From positions 64,001-125,027 of IMG/VR virus record IMGVR_UViG_3300033073_001175: DNA of 61,027 nucleotides; one strand, given 5' to 3'. The position numbers and the translations under genes were made by a program. The DNA is from a virus. Its lineage: Duplodnaviria > Heunggongvirae > Uroviricota > Caudoviricetes. Positions 1 to 9,531 of the stretch are shown here, piece after piece. Positions within the stretch are counted from its first letter, which is position 1. Every line of letters starts with the position of its first letter. The notes beneath the pieces are model-generated. The model saw only the letters and a list, made by a program, of their open reading frames with translations. It did not search any database and had not been told where the DNA came from.

Positions 1-419
1 AAATCAATATCATATACCGTTTCAAATACTTGTCCCGCACCATTAACTTGTGCACCTCTTCTTAAGATACCACAGTATCTTAAATCTTCTTTATCACCAA
101 ACGCAGGAACGGTAATAGAGAAGTCAACAAGAGCAACTGAAGGTCTTTGACCAGGTATTTTTAATCCATAAGTTCTAGCAATGTTGAAAATAGATGACCT
201 TTGTTGAGCATACTGTAAAACAGTCTCCTGAATACTTCTATCAATATTAAACTGTAGGTTATCTGTTACCGCAGCATTTAAATCTAATAATGCCGAGAAT
301 ACGGAGGCATCATTAAAATTGTCAATAAGTTCAGGGTAATAAAGTCTTGTAAAGTTTATTAACTCAGTTCTTATTTGTTGGAAGTCTCTCGTAGTATATG
401 AAATCTTTTTATTTGCCAT
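1..419 (-). CDS. Baseplate wedge protein, T4 gp6/baseplate-J-like (5' part; runs off the window edge)
   Basis: Not in the ORF track. ATG at 419-417 reads MANKKISYTTRDFQQIRTELINFTRLYYPELIDNFNDASVFSALLDLNAAVTDNLQFNIDRSIQETVLQYAQQRSSIFNIARTYGLKIPGQRPS..., the typical gp6 N-terminus (RDF..I...L, then E..L..A..RSSI..IA..YG); directly follows the gp25-like gene. Confidence 0.85.
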   Translation of the reverse strand, partial: MANKKISYTTRDFQQIRTELINFTRLYYPELIDNFNDASVFSALLDLNAAVTDNLQFNIDRSIQETVLQYAQQRSSIFNIARTYGLKIPGQRPSVALVDFSITVPAFGDKEDLRYCGILRRGAQVNGAGQVFETVYDID

Positions 420-425
420 ATTACT

Positions 426-884
426 TTATATATTAATAATTACAAAGTCACTCGGATTAAATGCCGATGATGTGATAGTATAATCAATTTTAATTTTAGC
501 AGTGTGTTCTTTTTCACCAATACCAGGAACCACATATTCCCTTTCATTATTACTGTTAATGTAAGTACCTTTATCTTCTTCACCTTGTGAAGCATCGGTA
601 ATACTTATATTAGTTATTGTAATATTTGGGATATATTCGGATACTGACTCTCGTATTTCAGATTCAATATCAGAAAACGTTGGTCCGTCCAATGGTTCAA
701 ATATAAATTCATATAATCGAGTACCAAAATCAGGAAGGTAATATCGAGTCCCTTTTCTTGTTAAGAGTAAGTGAACTAAACTACTTCTGATTTCTTCATC
801 ACTTTCTTCTGATAATGATAAATAAGTACCTTTAGATGAGTCTCTAAACGGAAAGTTAATACCATATGTTTTTCCTTCTGCCAT
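426..884 (-). CDS. Baseplate wedge subunit, gp25/GPW-like
   Basis: EIRSSLVHLLLTRKGTRYYLPDFGTRLYEFIFEP matches the gp25 signature (LL.T..GER...PDFG..L...LFEP); adjacent to the gp6-like gene. Confidence 0.9.
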   Translation of the reverse strand: MAEGKTYGINFPFRDSSKGTYLSLSEESDEEIRSSLVHLLLTRKGTRYYLPDFGTRLYEFIFEPLDGPTFSDIESEIRESVSEYIPNITITNISITDASQGEEDKGTYINSNNEREYVVPGIGEKEHTAKIKIDYTITSSAFNPSDFVIINI

Positions 885-924
885 ATCTAATAAATATATA
901 CCGTGATGATTTCTTATAAATAGA

Positions 925-957
925 TTAAAAATAAAAATCCCGACAAAATGTCGGGAT
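925..957 (-). terminator. Intrinsic terminator after nrdA
   Basis: Perfect 9-bp stem ATCCCGACA/TGTCGGGAT (937-957), 3-nt loop, followed on the minus strand by TTTTATTTTT. Confidence 0.8.
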
Positions 958-968
958 AAGTATTAATA

Positions 969-3395
969 TTAAGATGAACATCCAAAACATTCAAAATCAG
1001 AATTTTCAGGTTTTGGTGGTAGGTTCATCGATGTGTAATCAACTTTTGGTGGTTCAGGTGTCACTTTTGGTTTTTCAATTTTAGAAATGTCAACCGCTAA
1101 ATGTTTAGCCCCTGTTGATATTGCCTTAGTTCTAACATAATAACAAAGTGTTTTTAACCCTTTTTCCCATGAATGGAAGTGTGATGAGGTAATCTTAGAT
1201 AATGTTGGATTCGCCATATAGATATTCATTGATTGTGATTGGTCAATGAATGGTGCTCTTTCCGCCGCCATGTCAATTAATTCTTTTTGGGATATTTCCC
1301 AAATCGTTTTATATTTTTGAATTAAGTGTTCAACTCTCTTAACTTTGAAGTTATACCTTTTATCTTCCAAATCGATGTAATTATTGAAGTTAACATTTTG
1401 AATAGACCCTTCATTGAGGATTATCTCATTTTTCAAATCTTCGCTCCAAATACCTATTTTTTCAAAATCACTAATCAGATATTTGTTAACAATCATAATT
1501 TCACCACCAACAACTCTTCTGTTGAATAACGCCGAATGAGCTGGTTCAGTCATTTCAAAGGAACCTGTAATTTTAGCTGAAGATGCAACAGGCATTTGTG
1601 CCGTGAATAATGAGTTACAAACACCATACTCTTTTACATCTTCTTTTAATTTTTCCCAATCCCAAAATAAATTACTTTCACTTACACCCCACATATCAAA
1701 TTGGAAAATCCCTTCTGACATTGGTGACCCTTCAAAATGAGCGTATGGTTTATATTCACCTGATTTACACAACTCCATACTTTCAGTAATCGCCGCATAA
1801 TAAATTGTTTCAAAAATATTCTTGTTAAGTTTACGAGCGTCTTCTGATGTAAAAATATAATCCATTAGATAAAACACATCCGCTAAACCTTGGGTGCCAA
1901 TAGCAATCGCTCTTTGGTCCAACCCTCCTTTACGTCCTTTTTCAGTTGAGTAGTTGTTTATGTCAACAACTTTGTTAAGTGCTCTAACAACTTTTCTAAC
2001 CTCAGAATATAATAATTTAAAATCAAATTTTCCGTCAACAATAAAGTTTTTCAGAACCATAGATGATAACGTACAAATAGCAGTTGTATTTTCATCGGTA
2101 TATTGATAAATCTCATTGCAAAGGTTGGATTGTTTAATAACACCTATATTTTGGTGGTTTGTTTTCTTATTTGCATTATCTTTAGAACATAAATAAGGTA
2201 CCCCTGTTTCTACTTGTGATTCAATTATTTTAGTCCAAACTTCTTGAGCTTTAACTTTTTTACCGATACCCAATTTAACCGCTTGATTATACACTTGTTC
2301 GTATTCTTCACCATAACATTCTTGTAACGCTTTTAATCCTGATTTTTTAATATCATTTGGACAGAACAAATACCAATCTGTGTTATTTTTTACTGCTCTC
2401 ATGAAATTATCAGGTATCCAAAGTGCAGTGAATAAATCTCGAGCTCTTAATTCTTCAGCCCCTGTATTCTTTTTGATATCCAACAAATCAAAAATGTCTT
2501 TATGCCAAGGTTCAAGATATATTGCCGCACTACCAGGTCTACGTCCTTGTTGATTAAAGAAACGAAGTGACTCATTTACAATCTTTAAGTATTTTAATAA
2601 TCCACCTGCAAATCCTCCTGAAGAAGAAATTCTACTTTCCTTACTTCTAATATTAGACATTGATAGTCCTATACCAGCGGCGTCAGATGAATACGTTGAG
2701 ATATCATTTAAGGTGTGTAACAACCCATTACGTGAATCAGAATTATTGTAGTGTAACACGCAAGACGCTAATTGAGGTACTTTTGTTCCCGCATTAATCA
2801 TAATTGGTGTTGCAGGTGATATCAGTTGATTTGAAAGTGATTTGTAGTATTCGACCGCTTGTTCGAATGATTTTGTCACCCAAATAGCGACTCTCATATA
2901 CATATGTTGTGGTCGTTCAACTACTTTCCCATTTGATAATTTGAGTAGGTACATCTCTTGTAGGGACCTCCAAGCAAAGTAATCAAAATTATAATCATTG
3001 TCATGATTGATAATCTCATCAACTTTATCAGGCCCGTAAGAGTTAATCATTTCAATAAACTCATCATTAACAATACCTTCAGAATGTAGTAAATTCATAG
3101 TTTCACTAAAACTCGGATTAGTTTCTTTATGATAAGAAGATATTGCAACCGAAGACGCTAAACGTGAATAGTCATGATGACTTCCCGTAAAGGCTGCGGC
3201 AATTTCATAGATAAGTTTATCTAATTCTTTAGTGGTAATTAAACCTTCAGTAGGTACTGAAGTTATTACTTTAATGAAAATTTCATCGGAATTAACATTG
3301 AGCCCTTTTGAAGCTCGTTTAATTCTATTATAAATTTTCTGTGGGTTAAACGACGCGTCATCCCCACTTCTTTTTTTAATTCTAAGTGACATCAT
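969..3395 (-). CDS. nrdA: Class Ia ribonucleotide reductase alpha subunit with N-terminal ATP cone
   Basis: ATP cone (IKKRSG..FNPQKI), QLASC, GRRPGSAAIYLEPWH, SNLCNE, CYY and C-terminal CFGC all intact. Confidence 0.98.
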   Translation of the reverse strand: MMSLRIKKRSGDDASFNPQKIYNRIKRASKGLNVNSDEIFIKVITSVPTEGLITTKELDKLIYEIAAAFTGSHHDYSRLASSVAISSYHKETNPSFSETMNLLHSEGIVNDEFIEMINSYGPDKVDEIINHDNDYNFDYFAWRSLQEMYLLKLSNGKVVERPQHMYMRVAIWVTKSFEQAVEYYKSLSNQLISPATPIMINAGTKVPQLASCVLHYNNSDSRNGLLHTLNDISTYSSDAAGIGLSMSNIRSKESRISSSGGFAGGLLKYLKIVNESLRFFNQQGRRPGSAAIYLEPWHKDIFDLLDIKKNTGAEELRARDLFTALWIPDNFMRAVKNNTDWYLFCPNDIKKSGLKALQECYGEEYEQVYNQAVKLGIGKKVKAQEVWTKIIESQVETGVPYLCSKDNANKKTNHQNIGVIKQSNLCNEIYQYTDENTTAICTLSSMVLKNFIVDGKFDFKLLYSEVRKVVRALNKVVDINNYSTEKGRKGGLDQRAIAIGTQGLADVFYLMDYIFTSEDARKLNKNIFETIYYAAITESMELCKSGEYKPYAHFEGSPMSEGIFQFDMWGVSESNLFWDWEKLKEDVKEYGVCNSLFTAQMPVASSAKITGSFEMTEPAHSALFNRRVVGGEIMIVNKYLISDFEKIGIWSEDLKNEIILNEGSIQNVNFNNYIDLEDKRYNFKVKRVEHLIQKYKTIWEISQKELIDMAAERAPFIDQSQSMNIYMANPTLSKITSSHFHSWEKGLKTLCYYVRTKAISTGAKHLAVDISKIEKPKVTPEPPKVDYTSMNLPPKPENSDFECFGCSS

Positions 3396-3414
3396 ATTCT
3401 GAAAAAATAATTAA

Positions 3415-4365
3415 TTAAAAGTCATCAGTAAAGGAAATTGTTTCATTCAATTTCGCTTTCTGATATTCAACGGTTCTAGATTCGAAAAAATTACCTTTAG
3501 TTTCAACGGCAATTTGTTCCATGAATTTAAATGGTTGTTCGACATTGAAGTGTTTTTTACAACCAAGTTTGATAAGTAAACCATCAACAACAAACTCAAG
3601 ATATTGTTTCATAAGATTTGAGTTCATTCCTATTAATGAAACAGGTAATGATTCTGTTATAAATTCTTTTTCAATCTCTAAAGCTGAAAGTAGAATTTCT
3701 TTAATTCTTTTTTCTGATGGTTTGTTTTCACAATGATTATTTAACAAATGGATAGCAAAATCACAATGTAAGTTTTCATCTTTAAAAATTAATGAATTAG
3801 CGTTACATAAACCTTGCATGATTCCACGAGATTTTAACCAAAAAATTGAACAGAAAGACCCTGAAAAGAAAATTCCCTCAACCGCAGCAAAGGCTACTAA
3901 TCTTTCTTGGAAGGATGCGTTTTCAATCCATTCAAGAGCCCATTTAGCCTTCTTTTGTACCGCAGGTAAATTATCTAATGCGGTGAAACATTTGTTCTTT
4001 TCTTCTTCGTTTGAGATATAGGTATCTATTAATAATGAATACATTAATGAGTGGATATTCTCCATAGCAAGTTGCATACCATAAAAGAATTTTGCTTCAG
4101 GATATTGGACCTCTCTATAGAAATTTTCCGCCAAATTCTCATTAACAATTCCGTCAGATGCTGCGAAAAATGATAAAATATTTTTAATAAAATACTGTTC
4201 GTTTTCGGACAAATTTTCCCAATCTCTAATATCCCCACTTAAGTCAACTTCTTCAGCCGTCCAAAACGCCGCTTGGTGCATTTTATAGTATTCCCAAATA
4301 TCATTGTGTTCGATTGGGAAGATAACAAACCTATTAGGGTTTTCCTTCAATATATTTTCGTTCAT
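3415..4365 (-). CDS. nrdB: Class Ia ribonucleotide reductase beta subunit (eukaryote-like R2 type)
   Basis: [38 protein letters not shown] (radical Tyr), [21 protein letters not shown]. Confidence 0.98.
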   Translation of the reverse strand: MNENILKENPNRFVIFPIEHNDIWEYYKMHQAAFWTAEEVDLSGDIRDWENLSENEQYFIKNILSFFAASDGIVNENLAENFYREVQYPEAKFFYGMQLAMENIHSLMYSLLIDTYISNEEEKNKCFTALDNLPAVQKKAKWALEWIENASFQERLVAFAAVEGIFFSGSFCSIFWLKSRGIMQGLCNANSLIFKDENLHCDFAIHLLNNHCENKPSEKRIKEILLSALEIEKEFITESLPVSLIGMNSNLMKQYLEFVVDGLLIKLGCKKHFNVEQPFKFMEQIAVETKGNFFESRTVEYQKAKLNETISFTDDF

Positions 4366-4371
4366 AATTTT

Positions 4372-5751
4372 TTAGTTTTTTACTTCTCTTTGTTTTCTTT
4401 TGTCCAACAAATCTTTTATTCTCTGTCTGTTGTTCTCTTCTTTTTGTTCTTCAAGTCCTAAGAAAGTAACTGATGATTCTGTGTCAATTTCCAACATACC
4501 GTTGTCAAATTTACAATTTTCAAATACAACACCATCGTCACCAATTCTAGACTTTGTAATCGCGATAGTCGCCAACTTCATTTCTTTTTGTTGTAATGTT
4601 TTTGCCACGGAAATGATTACGTGACCAACTTGAGCTTTCTTTATAGACCCTCCCATTTGGTCTGTAGTAACAACTTCAGAAGAGATTGAACTTCTATTTC
4701 CCTGAGTTGCGGTCCATCCTACTATGTTCATTTCATGACACATTGCTTCAAATGCTCTCATAACAGAACCTTCAGATTTCCATTCGTCACCTAAGTTTTT
4801 ATCAGGAACCACACAATCAATATAATCTAATAGAACCATGTCTATTTTAATACCGTCAGCAACCATCTTTCTAATTTGGTTTTTGATTTGTAACATGGTC
4901 ATAGTATCTGATGGTAACTTTTTAAGAATTAATCTGTTTGGCATAGTTTCTTTAATTTCTTTAACTTTTTCCATTACAGAATCTTTCTTAACTGAAAGTT
5001 CATCAGGGTGGATTTTAGTCCAGAGTGTAAAATGTTTTCTTTGTATAATTTTTGGGTTGTCCTCAAAAAATATCTGTAAAACATTATACCCCAAATTAAA
5101 CGCGTGGTTTGATATTTTTGTTAATAATGTTGATTTACCGACACCTGTTGGTGCTAATACCACACCAATCTCCCCTTTAGCTAGACCTCCTTTAAGTAAT
5201 CTATCGATACCTGGTATCCCCATCGGGATTGGGTGTCTGTAATCCTCATTTAAAACATCATCCAAATTAGAGAATACATCAGCCATCCCGTCTTCTCTTT
5301 CACCAACTTGTAACGCTTCTCTTACTAAAGTTTCTAATTTGTCATAGTTCTCAAACTCACCACCGTCAATTACTTTTTGTGCTTTTGTAATTGCTTTTTG
5401 TAACTCTTGTTGTTTACAAAATTTTAAAGCCTTTTCCTGTACAAAATCTCCACCTTCAAGAGGTGCGTCTTTAACTTTATTTAAAGTATCTAAAATAATT
5501 TTAGACGCCATTTCCTGTTGGAATTCTGATTTTGTAATTTGTTCTAAGGTGTCAAACGTAGGGACATGTTCGTATTTTGTATAATACTCCATAATCATTT
5601 GGATGATTAGTTTAAAGTATTTGTTTTCAAAGTAACTTGGTTCAATTACATCAATTATTGTTCTTGCAAACTCCTTATCAATAATGATTTGGTTTAATAA
5701 TTGAATTTGAAATGTACTACCTAAATAATCAAAATTTTTGTTCGACGCCAT
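4372..5751 (-). CDS. dnaB: Replicative DnaB/gp41-like helicase
   Basis: Walker A APTGVGKST, FFED, Walker B LLDYID, TATQGNR, KSRIG motif. Confidence 0.93.
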   Translation of the reverse strand: MASNKNFDYLGSTFQIQLLNQIIIDKEFARTIIDVIEPSYFENKYFKLIIQMIMEYYTKYEHVPTFDTLEQITKSEFQQEMASKIILDTLNKVKDAPLEGGDFVQEKALKFCKQQELQKAITKAQKVIDGGEFENYDKLETLVREALQVGEREDGMADVFSNLDDVLNEDYRHPIPMGIPGIDRLLKGGLAKGEIGVVLAPTGVGKSTLLTKISNHAFNLGYNVLQIFFEDNPKIIQRKHFTLWTKIHPDELSVKKDSVMEKVKEIKETMPNRLILKKLPSDTMTMLQIKNQIRKMVADGIKIDMVLLDYIDCVVPDKNLGDEWKSEGSVMRAFEAMCHEMNIVGWTATQGNRSSISSEVVTTDQMGGSIKKAQVGHVIISVAKTLQQKEMKLATIAITKSRIGDDGVVFENCKFDNGMLEIDTESSVTFLGLEEQKEENNRQRIKDLLDKRKQREVKN

Positions 5752-5780
5752 ATTTTTTCCTTTTTTGTTTTAGATAAATA

Positions 5781-6233
5781 TTACCCCTTTAGACTAATTC
5801 CCATGTAGTCATAAGTTAATTTTTTTGATGAAAAAATGTCAGTCAAAGTCGAAAGTACACTTTTTATGTGCGGACGTATGTCTACGGTGTATCTTATTTT
5901 AGGTGGGTATACTTTAGCATCAAATTGTCTATGACAAATTGTCGTATCTCCCGACTTAATAAAAATGTTAAAATTTTCAGGACCTTCAGTATTTGAGGTT
6001 TCAAGTACATTAGGATTACTCATAATCTCATATGTGTTATCTAACATATACGTCACTGCCTTCATCTTTAACTCTCTTTCTAAACCATCTTTAAAGTCGG
6101 AAAGGTATTCATAAAGATTTAATGAATTTTTAGCGTTAGGATTATAATCTCTAACATTAAAAAACCTTTGTACAATGATGTTGTCATTAACCATCATCAA
6201 AAATTCAAGCTTTGTTGTTTCTTGGTCTTTCAT
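5781..6233 (-). CDS. Hypothetical protein in the replication operon
   Basis: 150-aa ORF tiling between the exonuclease and helicase genes; no motif recognised. Confidence 0.75.
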   Translation of the reverse strand: MKDQETTKLEFLMMVNDNIIVQRFFNVRDYNPNAKNSLNLYEYLSDFKDGLERELKMKAVTYMLDNTYEIMSNPNVLETSNTEGPENFNIFIKSGDTTICHRQFDAKVYPPKIRYTVDIRPHIKSVLSTLTDIFSSKKLTYDYMGISLKG

Positions 6234-6240
6234 ATTTATT

Positions 6241-7248
6241 TTATTTGTTTGTTTTAAATTTTTTCTTTTCTTTTCTTGTTAATTTTAAAAATGGGGTTAG
6301 AAAATTAACCCAATTATTGTCACCTTTTGGTAGGAACTTAAAGAACCCATCTTCCATCATCATTCGTATAACATTCCTATGACCTCTACCATCAGGGTCT
6401 AATGTTTCAGAGTAATATAATTCAACGATTTGTTTACCTTCATCGGTAATAAGTGGTTTTGATAAATCGACAATTTTTTCATTAATCTCAAAAAATTCGT
6501 TACCGTAAATTCCTGTTTTTGTTTTACCTGTTAAAAGATTTTTAAGGACTGTATTATCTTTATCTTCTTTTAATAACTCTTCAGCCTTTGTTAAAATATC
6601 GGTAACTGATATGGTCTTGTCAAGTACCTCGGGAAATAACTTTATTAAAGTCTTTTCACCTAAATAATAGATACCGTCAATATTATCGGATTTATCACCC
6701 ATTAATATTTTACAAGTTCTTACATTTGAGTGTGGTACCTCAATATCATGTAATTTAATATTATCCCCCAACTTATAAATTTGTTTGGTGTTGGGGGAAT
6801 ATATTGATACATTTTCGGAAATTAATTGTGTTAAATCTCTATCTGCAGAAAATATTGTAATTTTCTCATTTAAAGCAATCATACAATAATAAGCGATTAA
6901 GTCATCCGCCTCATTATTTTCAATATTGACTTGTCTAATAAACAATTCTTCAAGATATTGTTTTACTCTATCTTTTTGGTAATTGAATGATGTTACTTTA
7001 TGCTCGTTAGATTCTTGGTGTCGGTTTTCTTTATAACGCGGGTATAAGACTTTTCTATGTACTGAATTATCATCACCGTCCCAAAACACCACAACTTTAT
7101 CGTAGTTTTGTTCTTCGATAAATTTACGTAGAGTATTTAAAAAATGCCAAATACCTCCGATATGTTTACCTTCATGGTAATAATCTTTTACTCCGTGAAA
7201 TCCTATTTTAATAAGGTTATTTCCATCGACTAATAAAGTCTTAGTCAT
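6241..7248 (-). CDS. 5'-3' exonuclease/flap endonuclease (PolI N-terminal / T4 RNase H-like)
   Basis: LLVDGNN, VVFWDG, RKVLYPRYKENR, EADDLI, SADRDL, GDKSDNIDG motifs. Confidence 0.95.
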   Translation of the reverse strand: MTKTLLVDGNNLIKIGFHGVKDYYHEGKHIGGIWHFLNTLRKFIEEQNYDKVVVFWDGDDNSVHRKVLYPRYKENRHQESNEHKVTSFNYQKDRVKQYLEELFIRQVNIENNEADDLIAYYCMIALNEKITIFSADRDLTQLISENVSIYSPNTKQIYKLGDNIKLHDIEVPHSNVRTCKILMGDKSDNIDGIYYLGEKTLIKLFPEVLDKTISVTDILTKAEELLKEDKDNTVLKNLLTGKTKTGIYGNEFFEINEKIVDLSKPLITDEGKQIVELYYSETLDPDGRGHRNVIRMMMEDGFFKFLPKGDNNWVNFLTPFLKLTRKEKKKFKTNK

Positions 7249-7266
7249 TAATTTAATTTTAAATTG

Positions 7267-8274
7267 TTACTCAACTTCTTCTTTTTCCGCCTTTAAATCA
7301 AATTCGCCATCGACTCCAATGATTTCTTTCCAATATTCGGCATATTCTTTTTTGTACTGTTCAATGGACGCTTTTTCTTCTGACGCTTCTTTACCAGGAA
7401 GAAATCCATGTGGGGTAACAATAATTTTACCATCCTCAAATCCTAACCCATTGATGTGATTTTTCATAACGGATACTTTTGTTCTTGACGCAAACTTAAC
7501 CGTTCTCTTATCTTTGGTTGCGGTAATTTTTGTCGTTCCCGCACCTTTTTGGTTTCCAAACAAGAACACCAAAGAAGAGTTTAACCAAATTGCCTCACCA
7601 CCTTTTGCCTTAATTTTAGGTTGACCAAATGGATTATCAGGTAATTCAACCCAAGGTTGATTAACAATGATTAATGTGTTCTCGTATTTAGAATCCGATT
7701 TACGTGACCCTGAAATACGTTGGTTAATTCCCATTCCAATCTTGTCAGCTAAAACACTTGCGTTGTGTTGTTTACCTCCTTTACCTTCATAAGTCATCTT
7801 ACAAGGAACTGAACCTACAGAGTCCCACATAATACATAATGAATAATCTAAATCACCCTTTTCTTGAGCGTCTAACAACTCGTTAATATAGTCCGTAATT
7901 TGTTCAATATAATCAAAGTTGTTATTGAAGATGTAGAAACCGTCCCATTCTAATTCTCCTGTTTCAGTATCAACCACTTCTTCACATTCAAACCCCATAA
8001 GTTTTGCGTGTTCAAATGACCATTTTTGTTCGGTAATAATGAATACAGGAAGGATACCTTTCTTTTGAGCGTCTACCGCAGTTTTAACTAAGGCAGTTGT
8101 CTTACCTGTATCACTATGACCAAGAAACATATTAATATGACCCATGGCAGGACCAGGTAACCCAACTGCGTCTAAAAATGGTTGACCTAAATCAAAAAAT
8201 CTTTGTGGTTTATATTTTGCAGACGTGGAAAATTTTTTCTTTACTGAAGAAAAATCATTCTTTTTAATCGCCAT
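7267..8274 (-). CDS. recA: RecA/UvsX-like recombinase
   Basis: Walker A GHSDTGKTT, TEQK, Walker B WDSVG, VNQ, GGEAI, KNHING. Confidence 0.92.
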   Translation of the reverse strand: MAIKKNDFSSVKKKFSTSAKYKPQRFFDLGQPFLDAVGLPGPAMGHINMFLGHSDTGKTTALVKTAVDAQKKGILPVFIITEQKWSFEHAKLMGFECEEVVDTETGELEWDGFYIFNNNFDYIEQITDYINELLDAQEKGDLDYSLCIMWDSVGSVPCKMTYEGKGGKQHNASVLADKIGMGINQRISGSRKSDSKYENTLIIVNQPWVELPDNPFGQPKIKAKGGEAIWLNSSLVFLFGNQKGAGTTKITATKDKRTVKFASRTKVSVMKNHINGLGFEDGKIIVTPHGFLPGKEASEEKASIEQYKKEYAEYWKEIIGVDGEFDLKAEKEEVE

Positions 8275-8276
8275 AA

Positions 8277-8501
8277 TTAATTGTATTTATAAAATTCTTT
8301 AATTGTTTCAAGTTTGTCTTTAGCGTTAGCCACTTTTTCAACTAATTTATCCATCTCTTCAATATGTTGTGGGTGCTCCCCAATACCTACAGGTGATGTA
8401 AAATAAACAAGTAGTGATGTTTCGGCTTCCGCCATTTCAGCTTCATATTTTTTACATAAAGCTTCGTACATTTTTTGTGTGATTTTGTTTTCTTTGTCCA
8501 T
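8277..8501 (-). CDS. Small conserved hypothetical phage protein
   Basis: 74-aa helical ORF with a PVGIGEHPQHIEEMDK core; abuts recA. Confidence 0.75.
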   Translation of the reverse strand: MDKENKITQKMYEALCKKYEAEMAEAETSLLVYFTSPVGIGEHPQHIEEMDKLVEKVANAKDKLETIKEFYKYN

Positions 8502-8519
8502 ATTCTAAAATTGTTTATG

Positions 8520-8569
8520 ATAAAAATAAGAAAGCTTGGGTACGATGTCTATGTTAGTACCCAAGCTTT
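8520..8569 (-). terminator. Intrinsic terminator/attenuator after ssb
   Basis: 13-bp perfect inverted repeat AAAGCTTGGGTAC (8531-8543)/GTACCCAAGCTTT (8557-8569), 13-nt loop, U-rich tail on the minus strand. Confidence 0.7.
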
Positions 8570-8579
8570 TATAAAAATT

Positions 8580-9437
8580 TTAGAATGGTAACTCTTCGTC
8601 CGCTTCAGAATCTGATTGTGGGTCTACATACTTAGGAGTCTCAGAACTTCCTCCGATATTCATTTCACTTTCAGATGAATCTCCATAAACGTAACCACCT
8701 TTTTCACTATCCCATTTTGGAGTTTCTCCTCGAGCAATAGCTTCAAGATATTCTACAGGTTTTTTTGAGTAAACATCTTCCCAAGTTAATTCATCATTAA
8801 CCCAAGTATCTGCAGTTTCTTTATCTTCATGGATTGGTGTTGGGTCGTCATACATTACAGTTTGAATTACTGTATAGACCGCACCTGTTGGTGTTTTAGC
8901 CTTAGTCAGTTCAAGAATAATATCTCTTCCCTTTTCAGCATCTGTAATATCACCTTTAGCTCTCCAAATAGGAATGATTTTATCAAGGATACCTTCGTTT
9001 TTATAATTGTGTTTAAATCTCCAAAATTTAACACCATCTTGTTCGTTATCACGGTCGATAACTTTAACAATATAAAATTTACGAGGTTTGTAAGTCGTTG
9101 CTAATTTCTTATCACTCTCTTTACCTGTTGAGATTAACTCCTCATATACTTCGGTAAGTGGTGAACGCTCATTATCATTTTTCCCTGGGTCATAGAATTT
9201 TTGCCACTTACCATCTACTTGGATTTCGTGGAACCATACTTCTTTGAAGGGTGAAGAGCCGTCACTTGTTGGTAGGATTCTTAGTCGTTTTTGACCTTGT
9301 TTTTCATTGTCTTTGAGGATTGCCGCAAAGTATTTTTTCATCCTTTCGTCTTGAGACATTTTTGAGGTAGAGGATTGACTACCTTGTTGTGATTTTTCGT
9401 ACTGTGCAAGTACTGCGTCTAAACTGTTTGTCGCCAT
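8580..9437 (-). CDS. Single-stranded DNA-binding protein, T4 gp32-like
   Basis: RLRILP, PF.EVWFH, CP-equivalent YDPGK, RKFYIVKVIDR, GRDIILELTK; acidic tail ending DSEADEELPF; lies upstream of recA. Confidence 0.85.
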   Translation of the reverse strand: MATNSLDAVLAQYEKSQQGSQSSTSKMSQDERMKKYFAAILKDNEKQGQKRLRILPTSDGSSPFKEVWFHEIQVDGKWQKFYDPGKNDNERSPLTEVYEELISTGKESDKKLATTYKPRKFYIVKVIDRDNEQDGVKFWRFKHNYKNEGILDKIIPIWRAKGDITDAEKGRDIILELTKAKTPTGAVYTVIQTVMYDDPTPIHEDKETADTWVNDELTWEDVYSKKPVEYLEAIARGETPKWDSEKGGYVYGDSSESEMNIGGSSETPKYVDPQSDSEADEELPF

Positions 9438-9468
9438 AATTGATTATATTTATTTATTGTTTATTACA

Positions 9469-9497
9469 AGTATAAGTGTCAGCCGTGGTTTTGTCAA
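9469..9497 (-). promoter_or_regulatory. Sigma70-type promoter for ssb
   Basis: Minus strand TTGACA (9497-9492)-17 nt-TATACT (9474-9469), immediately after a terminator. Confidence 0.85.
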
Positions 9498-9530
9498 ATA
9501 AAATTTAAGGTCGAATTACTCGACCTTAAA
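9498..9530 (-). terminator. Intrinsic terminator after the proline-rich gene
   Basis: 11-bp perfect stem TTTAAGGTCGA/TCGACCTTAAA (9504-9530), 5-nt loop, TTTTATTT tail, 1 nt from the stop codon. Confidence 0.8.
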
Positions 9531-9531
9531 C

